From Marsupella aquatica (Eukaryota; Plantae; Marchantiophyta), in NCBI GenBank assembly GCA_973895155.1, contig OZ316897.1, positions 18,758,457-18,822,456 on the forward strand: a stretch of DNA of 64,000 bases, read 5' to 3'. Position 1 is the stretch's first letter, and the number at the start of each line of letters is the position of its first letter. Below the pieces are notes generated by a model. The model ran no database searches. It had not been told where the DNA came from and saw only the letters and a program-made list of their open reading frames with translations. This document shows positions 11,370-25,290 of this stretch, piece after piece. The position numbers and the translations under genes are program-made.

Positions 11370-11410
11370 TTTATATATAATTTATATATATATATATAGT
11401 TTATATGTAT
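11370..11410. repeat. (TA)n microsatellite
   Basis: ttatatataatttatatatatatatatagtttatatg. Confidence 0.8.
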
Positions 11411-12017
11411 GGAATATACACTAATTTTATATAGAAAAGGGCCAAACAGAGCACAAAAGAATAAACAAAAGAGTTCTCAAGTGAACAAAACCAAGTCAGA
11501 TCAAAAGGAACCCTCTAAGAACCAAGAAAGGGGAACTAAAATGATCGCAAATGGACCGAGGTCCTTATCATTCCTAGCTAATGGGGCTAACAGCTAATGG
11601 TCCACATCAAGTGTCGAAACTAAATCGGCAAGTAGGACTGGAACGTCTTCTAGGGGGGCTAGCTGATACAGAGGCACACTAGCACCCACAGGTTTGTCCA
11701 AAATGGTCTCACATATTTTTGAAACTCAGATGGACCTCATTTTACTCACAATGTCATAGAGAGTATTACTAATTAATACATAGGACCCAATCCTATGGTT
11801 TTTGTATAAGGTCCATGGGACCATCATTTTTGCACTGGCAATGGTTTGGACAATTTTTGGTAACTTGCGGCTGACTTTATGAAGCGTATCTTAGAAATTT
11901 TTCCTATGTATTTAATATAGCTACCTAATCTGTATACATCTTACGGTTGGAAAAGGATTAATTGCAGCTTCTATCAACACCGATAAATTGTACCATCCCC
12001 GTTGTGCGGGTAGAGTC

Positions 12018-12490
12018 ATCAAGTACAACAGTAAACACAAAAAAGAAATTGTGATTGGGTGCGTTTGGATGGAATTTGGGGATGGTGCTTCAATTTTGTG
12101 CAGTATGCTTTGAGTAGTCTAGATATGAAGAGCAATTACCATTTTGGGAAGAACATTTCACTTTTGTGAGCATAAGGTCATCAGCTACAATAGTTTACAC
12201 AGAAAAGAAATTGTGATGGGGTTTGTTTGGATGGAATTTGGGGATGGTGCTTCATTTTTGTGAAGTATATACTGAGTAGTTTAGATACAAAGAAGAAATT
12301 ACACATTGGGGAAGAACACTTCACTCGTATGAGCGTAAACTCAGCAGCTACAAAAAAATTTGAACTAAAAAACTTTTTGTGTTTGGGTGCCTTTGGATGG
12401 AATTTGTGTATAATAGTGCTTCATTCCCAGCTTCATTTATATCTAAACTACTAAACTTTGGGGAAGAACAGCTCACTTTTGTGAAGGAAG
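12018..12490. repeat. Degenerate tandem array, ~165-bp unit x~3
   Basis: tttggatggaatttg...gtgctt...ttggggaagaaca.ttcac recurs at ~12064, 12226 and 12392. Confidence 0.8.
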
Positions 12491-13293
12491 CCCTAAGTTG
12501 TTTGGGGGCAATGAACTATGCTTCTTTGTTGATGTTGTGTGTTGTCATAGCCTTCACTCAGGATGTAATTCTACAGTAAAGATGAACAGCAACAGTATAT
12601 TTTGTTCTCATAGATATTGAGATGGTACCAAAGTGATGTTTTGCTGAGTAAAACAATTGTTACTCATAAGACAGGATGTACACTTGTGCAACATCCACCA
12701 GACACACAAATACACGACATTGGAGATAAGTGGTTCACTAGAGTCTAAGCTCATGGGAACACACAAGAAAGTTATACTAAACTCTAAACTCATCAACTAT
12801 ACCGAGTCTCCACCGACTAAGTTTTTCTTGGATCCGACTTGATTCCCTAAGAATGAACTCAAGTTTCATTCATTTCTTTTTCTACGTTCATTACTGTATC
12901 CTCGCCCGGGTACACCCGGAATTGTGGGTCTGGTGGAAGGCCCCCCGCGTGCCGGCTTGTCGCCGGAGACGCATTATTACTAACTTGGCGCACCTCTTCC
13001 TTTCCAGCAACTATTTCTCATAGTGTATTTGCCTTTTTTTATTTCGTTTGAAGCATCAATGACACCGAAAAACCGAATGTACCGTAGGTACACCTCTCTT
13101 CGACTAACCAGCCTTTAATCGCATTAGTATATTATAAACAGCGTGAACGAGTCGTTCGAGAAAGCAAACTACGAGGCAAGAATACCAGAATTTAATTGAG
13201 TTTTCTATCGCGTAATGTTACTTAACTAAGTCAATATACTAGTAGCACATCTTACCATACTCAAGCACCAGATTATAGTTTGACTAAGTGTGG

Positions 13294-13420
13294 TTACACA
13301 TTAATTCTAGATCTACAAATAAATTATGTTTGAACACTAGTAATTTATTCAAACTGTGCTTATACATTAATTCTAGGTCTACAATTATGTCTGAACACTA
13401 GTAACTTATCCAAACTTATG
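13294..13420. repeat. Tandem duplication, ~65 bp x2
   Basis: acattaattctag(a/g)tctacaa...ttatgt.tgaacactagtaa.ttat.caaact occurs twice. Confidence 0.75.
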
Positions 13421-14559
13421 CCACAGGTAAATTAATTGAAACCGAATGCAAAAGGTCACAATATCTTGTACAAGTCACATTTGAGTTAAAAGTATAAAAG
13501 ATACTATCTGAGACTATTTCTACATTCTCTGAAAGTTCATTGGAGCTTAGCAGACAACCCCTGTCCATGTGAACTTTCGTTTATGAGAAAGGAAACCATT
13601 TATGAAAGGGAAAAAAATCAACTTTTGTGCAACACACATACGATAACCGTATATCATGATCATCCTTTGTAGGGTGTGAGAGAGTACCGTAGAGAAAAGA
13701 GATCAAGATGGTGTAGAGGATAAATATACATTAAAATTTCAAAATACCTACCACTGACAAAAGTTCAGGTAGTTTCTGTGAAATCCCTAGTTTCTTTTTA
13801 AATCGGGGGAAAACGTCTATAATGTATATACTAGGAATATTGTAAGTATTTTTTAGTAAACACTGATCTATCAATTGATGTATATCTCTTTAAAAGCTGA
13901 AAAATTCAATCTAGATTGTTTATCATCAGAATTTGAGCTACCAATTCATGAGTGATTTTTTGTTAGCTTGTGAATGCTGGGGAAAAAGTTATAATACATA
14001 TTTTATTACTTGTAAGCATCGATGTAAAAGCTGCTTTTTCAGAATATATAATATATCTTATTTAAAAAATTGCAGGATAACAGTCAAAACCTATGCAGAT
14101 AGGTCTACTGTTTCCAAAATTCAGAGAAATATTTACAGTGGGCAGAAGATCTAAATATTTGAAATCGTCTGGACTAACTACGCTGTTGTATTTTGCTGGT
14201 AAGTGAAAAGGGCTGTTAAGACAAAAATCAAAAAGCAACAGCACACACGTTGTTTAATCTAGACGCTTTGTAATGGACAAATGATTGAATGTGTAGTGTT
14301 GGTTTAATTTCAAGGCTTATTAGAGTGTGGTTCTCTTTGTTTTGCCAGGCTTGTTTGAGTTACTTTAGACTGGATTTTAGTGATATGAAGAGGACCAGCC
14401 GGGTTAGCTGGAGAACCCAGGTCAGGTCCCTGTTAAGTGTCTCATATGTGTGGTTACAAGCTTAGATCTGACTGCATAGCATATGTGATAAAAATTAGAC
14501 ATATATTTTGGTTGCAAGCTTAAGTGTGACTCCATAGCATATGGGGCAAACATAACATT

Positions 14560-15890
14560 ACAATTAATAGCCCTAAAATTAACATTCACAGGGCTTTGGC
14601 CGGTGTAGTATGATTAAAATGAAGTACACCAAATGGTACAAAAGGTACAGCCAGGACGACAAGTGCATGACCTCTAAGACAGTAAGTGACAATCCCTTGC
14701 CTTTCAAACTAAAAAACTAAACGGCGCCCCCCAAAGGGGCCCAAACATATAATTACACTCAACCCCATAGAACATGGCAGCATTGGTTTGCACAACGAAA
14801 GCCAAATCTACAGCAAATTCTATTTTTGGAATGGGTCTACCAGCCGCCACAAAGTAGCCACATATGTTAGTGGGGGGCCTAATGGAAAGACACACACCTC
14901 GGGGCCTAGAGCTTGTGTACTGAGTAAGGAGCTCAATTGGTCAAACAGGTGCTATAGCCTGTGTTCTTATCCAACCAAGTAACTACGTTGAAGAGAGCTT
15001 TATACAACTTGCCTAAAAAGCCTGATCTAATGGTGTAGAATATTTAAGTCGACTGCAAATGATCAAGCAAACTAGAGAAAGCCCTCTTGAGCTGAAAATG
15101 ACCAATTTACTTGAAAAGGGCCACACAAAGTAGAAGGGAGTAAAATCGGTGCAAAGAGAGCAAAGACCAAGCTCAAAAGATGACCGCAAATGCAACCCCA
15201 AAAACCTAGATCTACCACAACAAAAGTGTGATGAGCTAAAGGTCCAAATCTAATGTAGTAACCAGATCTGCAGACATGGATGCACTCTTGAGGGGGCAAT
15301 GATTGTTGGTTGATTAGATAGTCGGATCTAGGGGAACTTAAATGATGCCGATAAAGGCATCACTGACCTCATTATATATGGGTACTAGGAAGCAACAAAA
15401 CACTTGGCATGTAGGCCTATGTGCCCTAAGGTAGTGCCATCTGGTAAAATTTTCACAAATGAATAGGGCAAGAATAGACTTAGAAACCTTCAGTTACTGC
15501 AAAAGAACAATACAGAGCAACAAGGGTATAATGGAATACTCGCAACAACTGACAATAGAAAGAAACATTGTCCCATCTACAACAAAGTTAAAACATATTT
15601 AGTGTCTAAGGTTATAAGGAAAATTGTTAGAGGTGCTGTCAAATTGAGCTTCTTCTTCTCTAGTGTGAAAATAAAGCCAGGCCTTAACCAGTAGAGAGTC
15701 TTGTCAGATCCAAAGAATTAGGCTGGCGCTATTGCTCACAAGGTCCATGACAAACGAGACCTAGGTAATAAAAAGTGCACTGTCACAAACACAAAAGTGA
15801 CTACCAACCAATGTTAACTACACTGTAAAGCATACTAGTCCCGACAGTAGTGCTACAAGCATGGCATGCAGGAACAACATTGATATTTAT
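14560..15890 (-). mobile_element. Highly decayed retroelement (probably LINE) remnant
   Basis: Fragmentary stop-riddled coding-like text on the minus strand with CpG depletion; no intact motif. Confidence 0.3.
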
Positions 15891-16129
15891 TTATTTATTG
15901 TTAAGACCAATAGGGGCCTCATCCCAGACATTAGCCGAGACATTAGCCAATTTACTGAGCTGGACAATCTAATCAAGCAGCCATTCAAGAATCTTCCAAT
16001 GAGTTTGAGGACCCCTTTGCTTATGTAAGGATGATGTTATTTAACAAGTTGGAGCGATCATGAAGAGTTGCCTATTGAAATGGGTTTGAAATGGAGATGA
16101 GTGGACAACAAGAGGAGATTATTTGTGGT

Positions 16130-16760
16130 AACAATCCATGCAAAATATTCCATATTGTAATTACTCTTATATGTGTCAATGGAGTCCTTGTAACATGATT
16201 CCCTAGATTCAATGCAAGTTGCTAAGTACTGTAGTTGAAAGTTTTTGCTCCCTTGGTATTCTTGTGTCCATAGTAGCCTAAGGGTTTCTTATTATCCCTT
16301 GGTATTCCCTTGTCCATTGTAACTGAATGGGGTTTCTTGTTGTCCTTTGATATTACTTGGCCCATAGTAACCAAACGGTTTCTTATGTTACCTTGGTAAA
16401 TGTTACATTAGGTTCAATCAGAGTTTCTTTATACCCATAGCCATACAAAATTTGCCAATTAAATACAAAATTCAGACAATTCACTGGAAAACATGGATTC
16501 ATCAATCATGACCCATCCAAAGGTTATTTTCTTGTAACCTTTTCTTTGTTTATTTGAAGTGTTAATTTTCACTTTTCCATTGTTTTAACAGTTATGGGGT
16601 TTAATTGTTTTGCTTTGTCTTGCCTCATTTGAACACAAATAGTCATGTTTGGTGCTTCTTGCATATAACTAATTATTCTTGTTTGTAATTAATATAGTGC
16701 TGATGTGGCTGCATGTACGTGCTGCCAGGGATTTTAGAAGGAGCTTCCCATGAGGATTCA
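16130..16760 (-). repeat. Dispersed repeat family B, inverted copy
   Basis: Reverse complement of the ccatgg..ct.ttccaaaat.cct.gc...gcagccac block at ~20570 and ~25637; internal ccttggtatt repeats mirror taccaaggg at 20947-21140. Confidence 0.6.
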
Positions 16761-18649
16761 TAATGGAAGCAGATGAAGCCTTTTAAATAGAAATAAAAAT
16801 CACCATTTTTTGTAATTTTAAACCAGGCTAGCTAGTTGTTTGGGGCCAACACTATTTGTCCTGTCCTTTAACATGTTCCAACTAGTTGTTATCACGGGTC
16901 CTGTAAGTTAGCAACTCTTGCAAATCTATACATTATAAGGTGGGCACTAGACTCTGCAATCACTTTGCTTGTATCTAAGCTGTGAGTACCATTGTGCCTG
17001 AGTCAGTTTCACCCCAGGTTTACCCCCATAGTCATCGTGTAGAGGCTTTACTCCTACACCATATGTAGCCTCTTAGGGGGGACCCAGAGCCCCATCAAAC
17101 TAGGCAAACCCCCAGGGCAAGATTGAAGGTGAATGTTCTATAACCTGGTTTTGTTATCCGACTTAGATGTTTGACACATATTGCTAGAGAAAATAAACTG
17201 GAGTTCAATTTCTAAAAGCATTCAATACTTTTCATCAATTGTTTTCTTTTTAAAGTTGATAATTATCTCTTTTGCGGATGGAGGAAACCAGCAGGCCAAA
17301 AGGCATATCAGCACCTGGTAAGGCAAAAGAGCTCGCAAAAGAGGCCAACAGGACCGTAGAGAAAGCATGGGTAGAAGCCTGGACAGCTTGGAAGTATGTC
17401 CCACAAATCCCGACGGAGTTCGAGCAGCTCTCACATACCTTCAGACCAGAACTACCAATATGGGTTCAAATTAAGAAGAGCCTGTCCCCTTGTACACTAA
17501 AATTAACCATAGTCAACTGGCTTACTTTTCTATTACAATCAGCAGAAAAGGGCCCCCTTTTCACATGGCTTCATGCTGACTACAATGAGGTGAGTTCAAA
17601 CACTTAAAAGAAGTTACAAACAAAGCTAAAGTAGACTGGTCATTGGAAGGACAAAATAATTGTACGAGCGTAACTTTAGTGACATGAACTTAATCTGACT
17701 GCCATTCGTAGAAAAATGTATAGTAACAGTAGGACACACTACTTTGTATCTAAGGTGCTTGGTGTTTTTGGGGCAGGACAACCTTGAATTAACTATAGTT
17801 ATCACAATCATCACCACAGTACAGAAAACAAACATTCAACCTGTGGTTTTGTTTTGTTCTCAGTTGGTGCGGGTGAATCCTTGGCTTGTTGGATAGCTTT
17901 GGTATACTTGGGGCCTTTTCCCTTCATTTTCACTCCCTTCATTGGGTTGCTTTGGCTTTCGGACCCTGTCTTCAGATTTGGGTTTATGCCCTTTGACAAT
18001 GTGATACATAATTTGTTAGACTCACAACATTATTGAGAATCATGTCCCGTAGAGAGAGTTGTAGTAGCACAGAGACCTGACCAATATATAACACCTGTAG
18101 TGGAGGCAAAGAAGCAAATATTTCTTCATTATGGTTTTGAAATTTAAAAACATAAAGAAGAGGTACATAACTACAGTCAGAGAAGAGTCCCTTAGAAAAA
18201 GAAGTGTAGAATAAGAATAATATGAAGCAAACCAGAAATAGGTGGTGTAAGTGAAGTACAGAAGAGGCAACTACTGTAGTTCTTAAGCCAAATAATATAA
18301 AAGATGTTTATTAGGTTTGAAATTTTGAATCATTTATTTACTATAAAGGTGTCCTTTTATTCCCTTTTGTTAAATTAACTACAGATTCGCTCCACTCTCA
18401 CTGGTAAACCTAGTCAAACCCATGGATGTTGACCATTACCTTGTTAGGGGTATGGGGAATAGTCTAGTTGACCCATGAAATGTCATCCACTCATTTCCGC
18501 GGCAACATTTCCTTTTATGAAACTACTGTAGGAGGCACTTTATGCTTGGAAATCCCAATCCAACCTGGAATTGGGTGGGACCCTGTAAAAGATTAAAGGG
18601 GTGGGACATTTGTGCTACAAGATTGGACCACCTCTACTGTAGAGAAGGT

Positions 18650-20440
18650 TTCCCTTTTGAATGCCCATTTTCCCTATTTTAAAGAATATCTTGGCAGCTA
18701 AGAGGCAGCAATGAAGTGAAATTATATATCAGTAAGGTGATGCCATGCTTGGCAGAGGCAGCAATGAATTGACATGTATCATTAAGGTGATGCCTCCTTA
18801 CATAGACTATGGCTCCATTTTGGAGACATCTCCAGATACTAGAAGTATCCCATTGGCACTCTAGAAAAGTGACTTGGTTGGGACTCAATTCATCCAAAAA
18901 AGTTATTCTGAGATCCAGGCCCAACTAGACTCTTGAGCTTTGAAAATCTGGTTCTAGAGCCCTTCAAAATTGGAAAGTCAGATGTCAGATGGCTGCTGTC
19001 ACATCTGCCTGGGAACACTTGACACCATTCTCCATCTATCCCTCAAATGTTTTCATCTCAGGTATGAAGAGCAGCTTGGAGTTGGTAGATTGGAGAAAGA
19101 AATGGAGCAGGCTTCAAGGTGGTTGGTCTTAAGCTTACCCTTCCGAGTGCAGCCTGACACAACCCTACACTTACTGTAGATTATTTCTAATTTACCAGGC
19201 ACTAACTTTGGAGTAGATGGTACGTTGCCACAGAATGGACTTCTTTTTTATCCTACTAATCTATGTCCCTTTAATCAACTATCTAATTTGTCTGAAACTT
19301 TGGATCACCTAATAGGTGCTGGAACAACAACAATACCGGGTCACAGCCACACAAGACTACTACAAGCCAGAGAAGTGCTTGCAACTGAAAGAGCACAGCC
19401 CGGAGCATGACTACTGGGGCAGAGTCCCAGATCCGTCTAGGTCTCTTCTGATTGGAGGTTGGTAACCTCATCAGTTACTATTTACAATAGTCACTAATAT
19501 CATGCATTAGTTGCATATCCATTCTCAGACAATCTCATAGAGGTCTCTAAGATTGGAAAACATGGCAGGACTATACAGACGTTGAACTAGCAGGGTCATG
19601 GTTGTACAAACATTGTACATATAAAGTCCCATCTTAAGCTCTTTAAGATTGATTGAGCAGTTAATTGTCTGTTTTCCTGTCTTGCCCACCCCTTTGCTAT
19701 TCTGTTAAGGGTGGGTCGTACTTGAATAGACTATATGAGATAAGAGCATTGTTTGTTGGTCTTGATGTTGGGTCCTATCTTGAATAGGCTCTCCAAAAAG
19801 AGTCAAGGAGATGTCTCTGACATTCCCAGTGAAGATGTATAGATAGTGTCGGATATGTATCACAGTGCCCCGGCACAGTGCCAAATGGGAAAAACACCAA
19901 ACCAGGAGACAGGGTCCCAAAAGCAAAGTAGCCCAATGAAGGGGGAGGGAGGAAGAAAAGGCCACAAGAAGACCAAAGAGGCCAAACAAGGGAAAGAACC
20001 CCTGGCAACAACAAACAAACAATGACAAAGAACCCACAAGTGAACGCACAAAGCTGAGAAGACTAACACCCTACTGGGCCATGAACTGAAAAGCTTGATA
20101 AAGTTCTGGAGCAAACCGCATAGAAGGGTCATGAGGTGGAATTTGTCTAGCTAGAGGCCCTAAAATCAACTGCCTTGCCCTATGAAGGAGAGTGAAAGCC
20201 CGAGCTCTATGTTGTGCAAGATACACCCTCAATCTGTCTAAAGAAGGCTGTGAGGACAGATACATGGGGGAAAGGCCTCCGCTCAATACAAAAAATGGCA
20301 CAGGCTTGAAGGAATTGGTCAAAGGTAGGGTGGAGAGCACCAAATATCTCTGGAGCAAAAGATCCCATGGGTAGCGAACTGCACAGGCTTCCTCCTTGAA
20401 TTGGGCTGCCTTTGCAGCCAAAATCCATGTTCTTGTTGGA
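18650..20440 (-). mobile_element. Decayed LINE (L1-like) ORF2 3' fragments
   Basis: Stop-interrupted ORF fragments (e.g. YPWDLLLQRYLVLSTLPLTNSFKPVPFFVLSGG...) followed by a T/GT-rich 3' tail at ~19900-20030. Confidence 0.4.
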
Positions 20441-20539
20441 ATGTTGCCGGGCTCTTGGACATTACAACTTGTAGGGAACGAAGTGACTAATATGATGCAC
20501 TAGTGACAAATACTAGTTATAAATCACTAGGAGATAATG

Positions 20540-21150
20540 AGATAGTCACATTCCTTTGTTATAAACTCCCATGGAAATCTCTTTCCAAAATCTCTAGCTA
20601 CATCTGCCTGTGCAGCCATGTGAATGCTATTGGTCACAAACAAGTAAGGTTGTTTGTGCAATCTGAATAACCAATCAAACCTAACAAATGAATTCATTTT
20701 TGAGGCAAGGCCAAGATAAACAGTCAGACCCTTATAGTCAATAAAATTCAAAGTCAAAATTTAAAGTAACAGTTCAAATAAACAAACAAATGGGTAAAAG
20801 AAAATAACCTTTTGGATGGGTTGTGATTGTGTATCAGTGTTTTCCAGTAAAATGTTTGAATTTTTATTTAATTGAAAATTTTCTGAAATAGCCATGGGTG
20901 CAAAGAAAACCTTTCACTTCCGAAGCATTTTGCATGCATAGAAGAGTACCAAGGGAGCATGCGAAACCCTTTGGCTGTTTTTCTTAAAGGAAACATAAGA
21001 AGCCGTTTAAAAATAAAATTAAAAAAACCCCTTGGATATTATGGACATTCAAAGAAATAACAAGGGAAGGTAAGAAACCCTTTCACTAGTATTTGGAATG
21101 TTACATGGATTGGACTATCTGGACATAGAGGTACCAAGGGAACATTTTGC
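20540..21150 (+). repeat. Dispersed repeat family B copy
   Basis: ccatggaaatctctttccaaaatctctagct...gtgcagcca...gtcacaaacaag...tgaataaccaa is shared with 25637-25735. Confidence 0.65.
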
Positions 21151-21382
21151 GTGGACTGCACCTCAAATACTCTCTTCTGTATTTTCAATAAAATTGAATG
21201 TGTCCTTATTTTTAACCCACTTCATTCCAAATTGTCTATTTAATCTCTGTCCTCTCATGATCACCATATTCAAACCTATTCCAATATGCGACTCTTCATC
21301 GCTCCAGTTTATTGAATAGCATTAGGCTTACATAACCAAGGGGTCCTCAAACTATTTTAGTTTGTGTTGATTTATGTAGATA

Positions 21383-22030
21383 ACTAGCCCCATGCCTGTG
21401 CGTTGCACAAAAGATGTCAAGGTGAATAAAAGATCTTGAAGTGAAAAAGACGTCGAGGTGAGAAAAGATGGCAAGGTGAGAAATTTTTGTTAAGTAACTG
21501 AGGAAAATATGTTGAGGAGAGAAAAAAGACGTTGTGATGAGATAAAGATGTCAAGGTGAGAAAAAGATGTCGAGATGAATTAAAAGAAGTCAAGGTGAGA
21601 AAAGATGTCAAGGAGAGAAAAAATGGCAAGGTGAGAAAAGATGTTAGGGTGAAGAAAAGATGTCAAGGAGGGAAAAAGATGTTGATGAAATAAAGATGTC
21701 TGAAAGGTGAAAAGAAAATGGCAAGATGAGATAAAAAGATGTCAAGCTGAGAAAGAGATGGCAAGATGATATAAAGATAAAATATTGAGGTGAGAAAAAT
21801 GTTGAGGAGAGAAAATGATGTTGAGGACTGCAAAAGAAGTCAACAGAGAAAAGATATGGAGGGGAGAAAAGATGTCAAGCTGAGAAAAAGATGCCAAGTT
21901 GATTAAAGGATGTCAAGGCAAGAAAATAATGTTGAGGTTAGGAAAAGAGGAGAAAGATATCAAGGCAAGAAAAAGATGGCAAGATGAGAAAAATATGTCA
22001 AGGAGAGGCAAAAAAATATAGGTTTTGCAA
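21383..22030 (-). mobile_element. Non-autonomous Helitron-like element, 3' end plus AAGATGTCAAG minisatellite
   Basis: actagccccatgcctgtgcgttgcacaa is the reverse complement of a Helitron-type 3' hairpin (tgtgcaacgcacagg) plus CTAG|T; followed by many aaagatgtcaaggtgag units. Confidence 0.7.
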
Positions 22031-22127
22031 TGTAATGATTGAGACATGTTGTGTGTGATCCTAACCATGCAGTTGTTGTGGTCGTGTTCAATACTTGTAC
22101 ATTGCAAAAATATGTCATTTAATAGAT

Positions 22128-22479
22128 GAACCTGTTGGTGGGAACCCGGGTTCGTCCCACGATATTGCACCCTCAAAAGGGTTAAATATTTCTTTTACAA
22201 ACTAGTGTCCGTACTTGCATTTAATGCTGCAAAAACTACTATCTCCGCATTGACAGGAGCGAGATTCGAACCTAGCACCTGATGACTCCCACCCAAGCAT
22301 TTTAACCAGCGAGATACTACTCGAGGTGTGCTAGTTGAAATGTCAAAAACTTATATAAACAGTTAAAATGCTTTGTTACTTTGTGAAATTTCACCCTCAC
22401 CCTTTTCTCGTTGGCCCTCAATGAAGTTCGTGGCGGGCTTTGGGTTCCAATGTGAACCCGGGGTCCCGCTAACAGGTTC
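22128..22479. mobile_element. MITE-like element with ~25-bp TIRs, AGAT target-site duplication and an internal tRNA-like segment
   Basis: Left gaacctgttggtgggaacccgggttc; right gaacccggggtcccgctaacaggttc (reverse complement gaacctgttagcgggaccccgggttc); agat flanks both ends. Confidence 0.75.
22250..22325 (-). promoter_or_regulatory. tRNA-derived Pol III A/B-box cassette (SINE-head-like)
   Basis: Minus strand gtagtatctcgctggttaaa (A-box/D-arm-like) ... aggttcgaatctcg (B box GGTTCGAATC) at tRNA-like spacing. Confidence 0.55.
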
Positions 22480-23479
22480 AGATGTCCATGTCAAAAAAAT
22501 ATTGTTACAAAAGTGATACTGTAGATAGATGATGACAATATAACCAGGCACATTCACACAACCCTAGGTGGAGGGTGACATCCCCCCCTCTTCCTCATGG
22601 CCTCCTCTTCCCTTTCTCTTGGGCTGCCTCTCCCTTCTTGCCCCCCCCCCCTTTAAAAAACAGCAAGGGTGTCCTTTTCTCCTCTTTTTCTGTCTTGTTG
22701 CCTTATTATTATTTTCTTAATTTTCAGGTACATTCCTTTGCTCCAATTTGTCTCATCCCCTATCTTGTACTTATGCAATTCCCCTCCCTATTTGAACTCT
22801 ATGTCTCCTAGTCCCTATCCCCTCATAATGGTGTCCCGTGCCCCATTCCACTGCCAAAACATGGCATTCACATAGAGCATATGCAATCATTCCTCTTTTA
22901 GAGAATCTTTGTGCATATCAAATACTTTGTCTTGTTTGCTTTGGGTTAAAGAGATTTTTTTTTGGCTAATGAAAGGTTGGGATTAAAAGAGATTATAAAT
23001 CCAATGGTCATGAAATGTTCCCTCCAAAAGTGATTTTGTAAAGGGACAATCCACTACTTTTGGCAGGATAGGGTATTATAGTAGTAAGATGGTGAGTGAC
23101 AGATCCTATTAATTGTTGCCTTTTCCGCCAAAAGTCTATTGGAATGATCTAGGAATTATGGTACCCTGACCCATTATGATGCCCCACTTGTTCAAGCCTG
23201 GTAGATCTTTTCCTTGTCAAACTATTAGCCCAAACCTTGCATTGTCTGGGAAGGGAGTGTCACTGCTGTAGACCCTAGTTGGTAGTTCTAGTGTGGGAGT
23301 ATGCGATGGCGACATGAAGTCCCCCAGTATTGGTGGGGTGTACCACCATGCCTGCCACCATTTTTGTTTTCTTTATTGTTATGTTGCTCCTTTTGCCTTT
23401 GGCAGGTGATGCTAGGCCTATTTGGCCTGCTGGTTCACACAGAATCAAATTTAAATTAGAAAAAATGGAAAAATGAATA

Positions 23480-23821
23480 CCAGAGAGGTGTTTACAGAAG
23501 ACAGCAAACAGGAAAACAGGATTTAATAACAGAAACTGGTAACAGGAAAAAAAAACTGGTAACATGAAAATGGGTGGAAATTTTTTTTGAAAATTTTCTG
23601 AATTTTTTTTTTGAAATTTTAAATTTTTTTTTCGGTCGACCAGTTTTTTTTGCTAGCGCCCAAAGCTAGCCAAAAATGTTGCATTGTTAATTTTTTTGGA
23701 AATAACATGTTTTTGGAGACATTTTTAAATTGTCGATTTTCCTAGTAACAGTGATTTTTTCCTGGTAACAGCATATTAAAAATAGGAAAAAAAATTCCTG
23801 TTTACCTGTTTCCTCTCTCCG
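23480..23821. mobile_element. Possible MITE/hAT-derived non-autonomous element
   Basis: Left cagagagg with clustered aacagg/taacag motifs; right cctgtttacctgtttcctctctccg carries the inverted motifs; AT-rich core. Confidence 0.4.
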
Positions 23822-24173
23822 TCGCTATACCCATAGTAGACAAGACCTAAGGAATAGACCCAAACTTCCAAGCTCAAGGCTAGTGATGAACATCAAGGCC
23901 TGATAATTTTCCTTTTTGAATGGTTTGCATTAGATCTCAGACAAAGTGGCGAGAATGAGTTATATATGGGACAGAGGTTAATTACTCGGTTCATTATGCA
24001 TTAAAGAGTCTCTAATTTGGTTAGAGAAGGAATATAGACAGGGTACGTGTGTGACCAGGGAGCTCTTTGGCGGGGCTCCTTGGCCACAAAAACCTGTAAG
24101 TCTCTCTCCTCTTTAATATGATGTGTCAGCCTATCCCATATTTCCTTACATGTTCAGGATGTGGTTATAGTGT

Positions 24174-25130
24174 ACTAGCTCAATACCTGTGCGTTGCACA
24201 AAAAAAGTCAAGACGGCCAAGATGTCGTTTCGGCCAAGAGGTCGTTGAGAAAAAATGTGTCCTGTCGGCCAAGAAGTTGTTGAGAAAAAAGATGTCATGT
24301 CGGCCAAGATGTCATTGAGAAAAAGATGTCGTGTCCGCAAAGATGTCATTGAGAGAAAAGATGTCGTGTCGGCCAAGACATTGTTGAGGGAAAATACCTA
24401 TGCGTTGCACAAAAGATGTCGTTAAGAAAAAAGATGTTGTGTTGCTCAAGATGTTGTTATGTGAAAGATGTCATGCAATAAAAAGATGTCGTTAAGTAAA
24501 AAGAAATTGTTTTGCCAAAGATGTCATTATGTGAAAGATGTTGATAAGAAAAAGGTGTTATTTTGCCAAAGATACCGTGAAGTAAAAAATGTTATAAGAA
24601 AAAAGTTGCCGTTTCACCCAAGTTGTCGTTATGGGAAAGATGTTATGAAGTAAAAAGTCCAGGAGAGAAGGAGCGAGTCTTTTTCTTTGTTTGGTTTTTT
24701 ACCCAAAATGCTGCATTTGATTTACTAAACAATATTGTTGTCAAAAGATGTTAATGCATAACAGATGAGGTTGTGCTAAAGATGTAGTTGAGAAAAATTA
24801 CCATGTTGCTAAAGATAGCTTGAGTAGAAGATTTTGTTTGTTCTAAGAAAGATCTCATTGCATAAAAGATGTTGTTGAGTAAAGGATATCATGACTCAAA
24901 AGAGAGGCGACATCAACCACCAAAGTATAACACAGTGACAATGATTTTTCTCTTTGCTTTTGTCATTTTTTTCCTTTCAAAGCTCAACAAACCACCCCAA
25001 ACCAACCCCTACCCCCCCCCCCCTTTGGTTCCCTATGTTTTATTACTTTTTGGTCTCTTTTTCTCTTTTTCTCTTATTGATTAGATTATGCCCCACTTGA
25101 TTGACTATGTGATATTTGCAATTAAACTAG
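24174..25130 (-). mobile_element. Non-autonomous Helitron-like element, family A
   Basis: actagctcaatacctgtgcgttgcaca (reverse complement of 3' hairpin plus CTAG|T); internal gtcggccaagatgtc/aaaagatgtc repeats; second internal hairpin at ~24397; distal part is the reverse complement of 53100-53240. Confidence 0.75.
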
Positions 25131-25149
25131 TATCATTATGTAGCCCTAT

Positions 25150-25290
25150 ATGCATGGATGATATAGCATGGATGGTAGAGGGAGGAGCATGGTATTGCAA
25201 GGATGGTAGAAGCCAGAAGGAGTTAAGAGGTAGCATGGATGGTAGAGGGAGGGGCATGGTATAACGTGGATAGTAGAAGGAAAAGCATAT
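25150..25290 (+). repeat. Short purine-rich tandem repeat (gcatggatggtagagggagg)
   Basis: About four degenerate copies visible. Confidence 0.65.

Noticed and set aside
17626-18040. Possible gag zinc-knuckle remnant (GKGPK...VECLFS...IQGCP)
   Set aside because: Too degenerate to assign
22250-22325. Functional tRNA gene
   Set aside because: Only the A/B boxes are recognisable; acceptor and anticodon stems do not pair convincingly
23900-25100. Lys/Cys-rich short ORFs (also 41631-41911 and 53418-54480)
   Set aside because: Translations of the AAGATGTC minisatellite
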